Under the pieces are notes generated by a model, which did not search any database, had not been told where the DNA came from, and saw only the letters and a program-made list of their open reading frames with translations. The position numbers and the translations under genes were made by a program. 64,000 nt of DNA, from NCBI GenBank assembly GCA_964618765.1, contig CAZUDZ010000001.1:5826-69825 (forward strand), in the 5' to 3' direction. Shown piece by piece: positions 58,239 through 64,000 of the stretch. Within the stretch, counting starts at the first letter, position 1. Each line of letters opens with the position of its first letter. Source of the DNA: an uncultured Candidatus Saccharibacteria bacterium. GTDB lineage: Bacteria; Patescibacteriota; Dojkabacteria; SC72.

Positions 58239-58820
58239 ATGATTTCTTATATAACAGGTACAGTTCTAAAAGCTAACATATCCAAAGAGTCTTACGTAGA
58301 CATCTTAACAGACAGTGGAATCGCTTATAGAATAAGCATACCTAGTACATACTCCATCCCTGCTAAGGGTGAGAAGTACTCATTATATACTCATTTTCAT
58401 GTCAGAGATGACAGACAAACACTCTTTGGTTTCAAGACCGAACAGGAGAGGGATTTTTTTGAACAGTTAATATCTGTATCCGGAGTTGGTCCTAAAACGG
58501 GGATATCCATAATAACAACATTCTCTAGGAAAGAGTTAGAAAGTATTATACTAAAAGGAGATGCAAGATCACTAAGTAAAGTTTCTGGACTAGGTATGAA
58601 AGGAGCACAAAAGATAATATTGGAATTAAGAGGAAAGATAGAGTTTGAGCAGAAGGATGGACCTGAAGAAGATATAATTAAAGAACTAAATCAAGCCCTT
58701 AAAACCTTGGCTTTCTCAGGAGAGCAATTAAAGGAAAGGATTAAAGTAGGGGAGGACATCTTAAAGAAGAAGAAAGATATTAGTATAGAAGAATTAATTA
58801 AGGAAGTATTAAGTAAATGA
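58239..58820 (+). CDS. ruvA: Holliday junction branch-migration protein RuvA
   Basis: MISYITG N-terminus and an HhH domain (VSGVGPKTG). Confidence 0.9.
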   Translation: MISYITGTVLKANISKESYVDILTDSGIAYRISIPSTYSIPAKGEKYSLYTHFHVRDDRQTLFGFKTEQERDFFEQLISVSGVGPKTGISIITTFSRKELESIILKGDARSLSKVSGLGMKGAQKIILELRGKIEFEQKDGPEEDIIKELNQALKTLAFSGEQLKERIKVGEDILKKKKDISIEELIKEVLSK

Positions 58821-59848
58821 TAGAATCCACAGCCGATACTGTGAGTAAAAAGATAAAGAAAAAGAGATTAAAAGCATCTTCCTCTGGAGAAACTTCCGAA
58901 CTAGAACAAAGTATTCGACCTAGCAGCCTAGATGAAATGATTGGAAGAAAACTAGAGAAACAGACACTCAAGATGATGATAGACTCTGCCAAAAAAAGAA
59001 AAGAAGTTATCGATCATGTACTTTTCTACGGCCCTCCCGGATTGGGTAAAACCACATTCGCTATGGCTATTGCAAACGAAATAGGTGCTTCTATTAAAAT
59101 AACCTCCGGACCAGCAGTGGAGCGACAAGGAGATCTAGCTGCTATTTTAACAGGACTAAAGAAAGGCGATGTACTCTTCATCGATGAAATACACAGATTG
59201 TCTAAAGTAGTGGAAGAGATACTTTATCCTGCGATGGAAGATGGAGTCCTAGACATTATTATGGGCAAAGGAACCTCTGCAAAGACCATCAGGCTAACAC
59301 TAGAATCATTTACCCTCATAGGTGCTACTACACAAGTTGGGAAAATAAGTTCCCCTATGAGAGAAAGATTTGGACTGGTTCAAAGACTGGATTTTTTTAC
59401 ACAAGAAGATCTTGTTTCCATTTTAGAAAGGGCAAGTAAATTATGGGATATAAGCATAGACAAAAAATCTCTTAAAATGCTTGCCGATAGCTCCAGAGGC
59501 ACTGCTAGAATAGGTTTAAGACTACTAAGAAGAACAAGAGATTATGCCCAAAGTAGGGGAGCAGAAGAGGTAAACTCAGAGGTAGTGTTGAAAACTATGA
59601 AGTTGCTTGGAGTAGATGAACAAGGATTAGAAGAAATAGATAGAATGATACTTAAAACATTATTAAATAACTTCAATGGAGGGCCAATAGGGCTATCCAC
59701 CTTAGCCGCATCTATTTCAGAGGATGAAATAACCCTCGCTGATGTATATGAGCCATTTCTAATGAAGTGTGGATATATTAAAAGAACCTCCAGAGGAAGA
59801 GTACTAACACAAAAGGGATTAAAATATTTAGAAAGCATCAATGGATAA
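58817..59848 (+). CDS. ruvB: Holliday junction helicase RuvB
   Basis: AAA+ motifs GPPGLGKTT and DEIHRL, and the RuvB C-terminal winged helix. There is a 4-nt overlap with ruvA. Confidence 0.9.
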   Translation: MIESTADTVSKKIKKKRLKASSSGETSELEQSIRPSSLDEMIGRKLEKQTLKMMIDSAKKRKEVIDHVLFYGPPGLGKTTFAMAIANEIGASIKITSGPAVERQGDLAAILTGLKKGDVLFIDEIHRLSKVVEEILYPAMEDGVLDIIMGKGTSAKTIRLTLESFTLIGATTQVGKISSPMRERFGLVQRLDFFTQEDLVSILERASKLWDISIDKKSLKMLADSSRGTARIGLRLLRRTRDYAQSRGAEEVNSEVVLKTMKLLGVDEQGLEEIDRMILKTLLNNFNGGPIGLSTLAASISEDEITLADVYEPFLMKCGYIKRTSRGRVLTQKGLKYLESING

Positions 59849-60656
59849 AGCCGTATCAACGACAGATGAGGAGAAAAGAGGAAAGCTTCTTATCCTTGCA
59901 GCAATAATCGCTATCGCAATATTTATATCAAAAATAACCCAGGCCCAAACACAGGTAGTAGTTGGAAAAGTATATCTGAATGCCGCGATATACTTTGTAG
60001 CAACATTCGTAGGTCTTCTCTGGGCATTCGATTTTAAGGTAAAGAAGAAATCCACACTCTTTCTTCTCCAATCGTCTCTTTATGTCTTCTCACAAGGAGT
60101 ATTTATTGAATTCTTCTTCTTTCAAAAGTTTAGTCGAATATATGAAGCCTTCATACTTCTATTCTTAATGGCACTAGTCTTTCTTGGTAACTACATATCA
60201 TTTCTTATGGCCAATGTATTAAATGTAGATCTCTTTAAAAAGATTCCTCTCGCACAAGTTGGGAGAACCTCCTCTTACCTCATATCCCTTCTGATGATGT
60301 ATTTTTTTACATTTAGCCTTTTAGTCACAGGACTACAAATCTATTTCCTCTTACCATTAGTACTACTCTCTTTTGTATTCATAATTACAACTCACTACTT
60401 AAATGTAGGTATAGAAGGAGGAGAACTATACAAGAAGAGTCTTTTGACCACACTAATAACCTTCATACTCTTCTTAGGAATATTCCTAACCGGAGATTCC
60501 CATGAGATTGTCGCAATTATCCCTGTAATCGGCTACTACTTCTCAGTAGGGGTAGTTAGTCAGGAGAGAGTTGTATATGGTAAAAGTAAAGGAACATATT
60601 TCTATCTTTCAATCTTAGTAATAATTTTCCTCTTAGGTGTTTTCTTGAACATCTAG
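59841..60656 (+). CDS. Polytopic membrane protein, hypothetical
   Basis: Seven or more hydrophobic helices. It overlaps the ruvB stop by 8 nt. Confidence 0.55.
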   Translation: MDKAVSTTDEEKRGKLLILAAIIAIAIFISKITQAQTQVVVGKVYLNAAIYFVATFVGLLWAFDFKVKKKSTLFLLQSSLYVFSQGVFIEFFFFQKFSRIYEAFILLFLMALVFLGNYISFLMANVLNVDLFKKIPLAQVGRTSSYLISLLMMYFFTFSLLVTGLQIYFLLPLVLLSFVFIITTHYLNVGIEGGELYKKSLLTTLITFILFLGIFLTGDSHEIVAIIPVIGYYFSVGVVSQERVVYGKSKGTYFYLSILVIIFLLGVFLNI

Positions 60657-60674
60657 ATTTAAAAAGAAAAAACA

Positions 60675-60808
60675 AGTGTGCTGTTTCATGGAGAGTAGGG
60701 GTAGAGGCCAGGCCTCAAGGGCCTATAGTGTGTGGTGGCCCATAGTTTGTCACTGTGGATAAGGTTTTGCTAGATTTAGACCTTTAAGAATGCAGTTGCA
60801 GCACAGAG
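60675..60808. ncRNA. Candidate structured RNA of unknown class in a 463-bp intergenic region
   Basis: Local GC rise. The 5' tgtgctg (~60676-60682) pairs with 3' cagcaca (~60799-60805). Internal hairpins ggcc-tcaag-ggcc and gggcc(13 nt)ggccc. No tRNA, tmRNA or RNase P signature motifs were found. Confidence 0.25.
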
Positions 60809-61119
60809 TAAGGTGACTCTAAAATCATTGTAGTTTAAAGAAGTTTACGATACTACCTCAATACCAAGGAGAGATGCTTCTACCCTTTACGAAAATGTGT
60901 TATGATTTAAAACATACCAACCGAGTATAATCACCCTTATATGCGGTCTGCTGGTAGTGGATTTGAGATGGGAGAAAAGAATACATTATTTAAGATACAA
61001 AATAAAAATGAGAATCTATTCCTTTCCAAGAATCTCTTCTTTTCTTAACCTAAAACTTCATCTACTTCCCTTTTCTATTCGAAGGCCAAATTTCTTAAAA
61101 ATAGTCCCCCTACCCCTAT

Positions 61120-62517
61120 TTGTCAAAATTTAAGTTTAATATACAATACAGTATGAAAGAATTCCCTAAATTAAATGATCAAGATGATTTTCTCCTCTCA
61201 TTGCAGAACAACAACTACAGTCTGCAAACCATATACAATTATGCTCGGGATCTTTGCATATTCGCTACTTTCCTACATTTTCGAAAAACGGAATTTAAAG
61301 ATATTAACAAAAAAGAAATAGACACATTCAAAGGATACCTAGTTGCAGGACAACACTTGAGAGATTTGGGTAAATTTAGAGAGAAAAGTGTCAAAAAGGT
61401 TGATGTAGTGCAGCTCGAGGGCAACAAGGCTCTAAACGCTGATTTAAGGCATGTCAAATCATTTAGTGATATAGACACACCTAGAAAAGAGAATGAAAAT
61501 GTGGTGAAACCCTCAGGAGCATTTGAAAGTGATTTTTTGACAGATGTGTACTCCAAGGTCTACGGAACTCTTGGACAATATTCAAACTCATCCAAATCTG
61601 CTAACAAAAAAAACAAAGGACTCAGTCCAAGAAGTATAAACAGAATGCTTTCATCTTTAAGATCGTTTCTAAAATTCAGAATCTCCTATGACTTAGAAAT
61701 CCCGTTACCCCCAGATGCTGTAGATTTAATGAAGGGAGAAAAGAAAATAAAAAAGGTTGCAAGTCTAGATCAGCTTGTTAAATTGATTGAAGCACCAATG
61801 CTTTTCGAGAAAGATGAAAAAGTGGCATTACGAAATAGATGCATGTTAGAAATGTTATTTGCCACCGGTATGAGGATATCGGAACTGGTTAACCTAGATC
61901 TAGAACAACTAAATGTTGAAGGGAAAATATATATTATCGGGAAAGGTAAGAAAGAGAGATCTGTCTATATGACCTCAAGAAGTTTAGATTGGCTAAATAA
62001 ATATCTAGTTGTTAGACTGAAATATGCATTTTTAGATAGGGATGAAAGTGAACAACCCGCAGAGATGGAGAAGTTTTTTATAGAAAACCCCAAGGAAAAA
62101 GACCGTGAAACATCTGGGAGTTCTGGGTTAAACTTAGAGATTTTCGATAAGGGTAATCGAAAATATATTAAACTAATCGAAAATTATAGAAAAAGTGGAA
62201 TGTTAAATAAATTTGACTCCCCTGCTCTCTTTATCCCTTTCTCTGGAAGAAAAGCTGGGAAGCCGAATGCCAGAATATCAACTAACTATTTTCAGGAGAG
62301 AATTGTGGTCTACAGAAAGAAACTGGGAATACAAATTCCTACCTCTGCACATAGCTTGAGGCATGGTTTTGCTACGTATTTAGCAGAAGAAGGTGCTAGC
62401 CCAGCTGCTTTACAAGTACTACTTGGTCATGAAAGTCTCAATACCACAACGAAATATGTACATGCAAGCGAGAAATTTGCTGAAGAAACAGTTAGGAAAA
62501 ATCATCCCTTGAAGTAG
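61120..62517 (+). CDS. Tyrosine recombinase (XerC/XerD-like integrase) with a ~100-aa insertion, 465 aa
   Basis: C-terminal catalytic box HSLRHGFATYLAEEGASPAALQVLLGHESLNTTTKYVH (R..H..R..Y). It also has an N-terminal SAM-like core-binding domain. Confidence 0.8.
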   Translation: MSKFKFNIQYSMKEFPKLNDQDDFLLSLQNNNYSLQTIYNYARDLCIFATFLHFRKTEFKDINKKEIDTFKGYLVAGQHLRDLGKFREKSVKKVDVVQLEGNKALNADLRHVKSFSDIDTPRKENENVVKPSGAFESDFLTDVYSKVYGTLGQYSNSSKSANKKNKGLSPRSINRMLSSLRSFLKFRISYDLEIPLPPDAVDLMKGEKKIKKVASLDQLVKLIEAPMLFEKDEKVALRNRCMLEMLFATGMRISELVNLDLEQLNVEGKIYIIGKGKKERSVYMTSRSLDWLNKYLVVRLKYAFLDRDESEQPAEMEKFFIENPKEKDRETSGSSGLNLEIFDKGNRKYIKLIENYRKSGMLNKFDSPALFIPFSGRKAGKPNARISTNYFQERIVVYRKKLGIQIPTSAHSLRHGFATYLAEEGASPAALQVLLGHESLNTTTKYVHASEKFAEETVRKNHPLK

Positions 62518-62545
62518 GTAGGAAAAGATTTGCCTCAATTTTTAC

Positions 62546-63379
62546 TTAATATGCATTTAGGCTAGTGTGTGAAGCTTTATTTCTTTCTACTCTCTCTATC
62601 TCAGCTCTCCATTTGTTTACCTGTTCTTTAGTACATTTATAAAATTTTGGTTCTGGACTACTACCATCCTTTCTTATCCTTCCACTCAAGTATTTTAGTA
62701 TATATGTATCTTCATTTAGAGCTAGTGGATTCTCCAAGGCTTTCTTAAATTCTGGATATCCGAATCTAACTGTCATGATCCCAAATGGTTTAATCATCTC
62801 TCTCGTTGAGTCTTCAGGGGTATAAATTTCTGGATTTACCATCTCCATTGGATAGTTTGTGAAATCTTTTACCTTCTTGTCCTCTAAAACTAGAGATAAC
62901 ATCTCTTTAACAGAGTTTAATTGTTCCTGTAAACTCTGCTCCTTTTCTCTAGATTCGGGAGTGGCTAGAGGAGCCTCTGGAGCAATCTCTGGCTGGTAGC
63001 TACTAGTAGGAGTAACAGGATTAGGCTCGACAGTGGGTTCTTGTGAAGGGATTTCTGCCTGCATGGCAACATTCGGAGTATCATTGCTAGGTGTATTTTC
63101 TCTAATATATCCTAAAGGATCATCTGTTTCTGATGGCTGTTGAGGTGTTTGAGACTCTAAATTTTGTTGACTCTGTTGGTTTGCCCAAGGGTTTGGTATC
63201 TCTGCTCCTTGTTGAGAAGCTAAAGGCTCGTTAGTGGCTTCTGCTACTGGAGGCTCATTAAAGTTTTGAGGTTGGTTTATATTACTCATTGGGACATCAG
63301 AAGGGTTCTGAGCTTGAGAATATGGATATTGATCAGGTGTCATAATATTGGCAGATTTAAAATTTATTCTACACTTCAT
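62546..63379 (-). CDS. Hypothetical protein: Pro/Gln/Glu-rich disordered N-terminal half plus a C-terminal globular domain
   Basis: 277-aa ORF. The N-terminal ~160 aa is low complexity (PQNFNEPP..., QQSQQNLESQTPQQP). Confidence 0.5.
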   Translation of the reverse strand: MKCRINFKSANIMTPDQYPYSQAQNPSDVPMSNINQPQNFNEPPVAEATNEPLASQQGAEIPNPWANQQSQQNLESQTPQQPSETDDPLGYIRENTPSNDTPNVAMQAEIPSQEPTVEPNPVTPTSSYQPEIAPEAPLATPESREKEQSLQEQLNSVKEMLSLVLEDKKVKDFTNYPMEMVNPEIYTPEDSTREMIKPFGIMTVRFGYPEFKKALENPLALNEDTYILKYLSGRIRKDGSSPEPKFYKCTKEQVNKWRAEIERVERNKASHTSLNAY

Positions 63380-63427
63380 TAAACATTAGGAAGGAAGATA
63401 TGTCAAGAAATTAACAAGTAAAAGGTG

Positions 63428-64000
63428 CTAGAATTTTCTCTTAATCTTCTCCCCTCTATACATTTCCTCTACTACAAAGGAATTAGTATTAAAGTACAGT
63501 ATCTCTAGCAAAGCTTCAAAACCATGTTGAAACCATTTCATCTTCTTTCCTTGAGAGATATCTCTAGGTTTGTAATATATATCTACCTCCTTAAAACTCA
63601 ACTTTCTTCCATTAAATTTTCTGTATCGTGCTAATTTAGCTGTTAGCTCAGGCTCTAAACCGAAATTGGATTCAGATTCCAATGACTGAAAAAGAGATTT
63701 CATAACATTTCCTCTAACCATCTTATAACAGGTCTCCATATCTTTTGGAGCAAAACCCTTCGATCTGGTAAGCAAATTGGAGGTAGCGGTCACAAACCTA
63801 TTCCCTAAGCTGTGTACTAGATTGTAAAACTCATTTTTTTTGTTAAACCTGTTCCCGTATATTACATCTAAGTGTGGATCTGACAAAAATATTTTTGTAA
63901 ACTTAACCAAGTCGTTAGGATCATATTCCAAATCTGCATCTTGTACTACCACTAAATCTCCGGTAGAGTGTAGAACTCCCTTTTTAACAGTTTGAGATTT
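63428..64000 (-). CDS. Glycosyltransferase family 2 (dolichol-phosphate mannosyltransferase-like), N-terminus beyond the window end
   Basis: VVQDADLEYDPND is the GT2 DxD/DAD motif region. The frame is open to base 64000. Confidence 0.6.
   Translation of the reverse strand, partial: KSQTVKKGVLHSTGDLVVVQDADLEYDPNDLVKFTKIFLSDPHLDVIYGNRFNKKNEFYNLVHSLGNRFVTATSNLLTRSKGFAPKDMETCYKMVRGNVMKSLFQSLESESNFGLEPELTAKLARYRKFNGRKLSFKEVDIYYKPRDISQGKKMKWFQHGFEALLEILYFNTNSFVVEEMYRGEKIKRKF

Noticed and set aside
60675-60808. tmRNA or RNase P RNA identity for the structured intergenic segment
   Set aside because: There is no tRNA-like 3' end (GGTTCGAATCC...CCA), and the RNase P P4 motifs (AGGAAAGTCCGGGCTCC, ACAGAACCCGGCTTA) are absent. 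A weak resemblance of CTGTTTCATGG to the SRP RNA 5' CUGUUUACCAGG was noted. The conserved SRP domain-IV GGAAGCAGC apical motif is missing, so SRP is not claimed.
1-64000. Possible alternative genetic code (UGA=Gly, code 25) as in some CPR (Gracilibacteria/Absconditabacteria)
   Set aside because: All long conserved genes (topA, mfd, dnaX, cysS, dnaB) are uninterrupted under the standard code and end at plausible positions, so no UGA recoding is needed.
1-64000. CRISPR arrays, cas genes, reverse transcriptase/DGR, restriction-modification or toxin-antitoxin modules
   Set aside because: No short regularly spaced direct repeats, no RT motif (YxDD), and no methyltransferase or endonuclease signatures were seen. 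The only tandem repeat is the in-frame 66-nt coding repeat at 12344-12675.

Overview
This 64 kb window is AT-rich (about 35-37% GC) and gene-dense, with almost all genes on the + strand. The content looks like a streamlined, monoderm-type bacterial chromosome, most plausibly a Candidate Phyla Radiation (Patescibacteria)-like organism; that lineage call is an inference, not something shown directly. Translation uses the standard code: long ORFs such as TopA (708 aa) and Mfd (808 aa) are uninterrupted.

Most genes are core information processing:
- the 3' end of a PBP transpeptidase, dprA, topA, a primary-type sigma-70, radC
- rpsB-tsf-frr-rseP
- rpsU, a GatB/YqeY protein, ybeY, pth, mfd, dnaX, ybaB, recR, cysS, RNase HIII
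- CCA-adding enzyme, a beta-CASP RNase J-like protein, ychF
- rpsF-ssb-rpsR with a clean intrinsic terminator
- ctpA, htrA, prmC, prfA, rpmE, dnaB, an RluD-like protein, an LCP protein
- yebC and ruvCAB
- two tRNAs, Ser-TGA and Leu-CAA.

Recognisable accessory content:
- An archaeal-type AMP-salvage pair: a ribose-1,5-bisphosphate isomerase-like e2b2 protein next to an AMP phosphorylase.
- Two paralogous cysteine-rich surface proteins that share N- and C-terminal sorting modules; the C-terminal module begins with an (L/V)PE(S/T)G motif.
- A four-gene minus-strand operon of secreted and C-terminally anchored proteins. Its domain layout resembles Csc/WxL cell-surface complexes.
- A transglutaminase-like surface protein.
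- A membrane glycosyltransferase family 2 (GT2) enzyme followed by a secreted protein that ends in LPKTG.
- A membrane-anchored VirD4/TraD/HerA-like ATPase.
- A long tyrosine recombinase preceded by a 463-bp non-coding region with a GC-rich, possibly structured RNA.

Other oddities:
- Ribosomal protein S2 carries a C-terminal extension whose last ~55 residues resemble the RNA polymerase alpha C-terminal domain.
- CysS has QIGN in place of the class-I HIGH motif.

No CRISPR array, reverse transcriptase, restriction-modification system or toxin-antitoxin pair was recognised.
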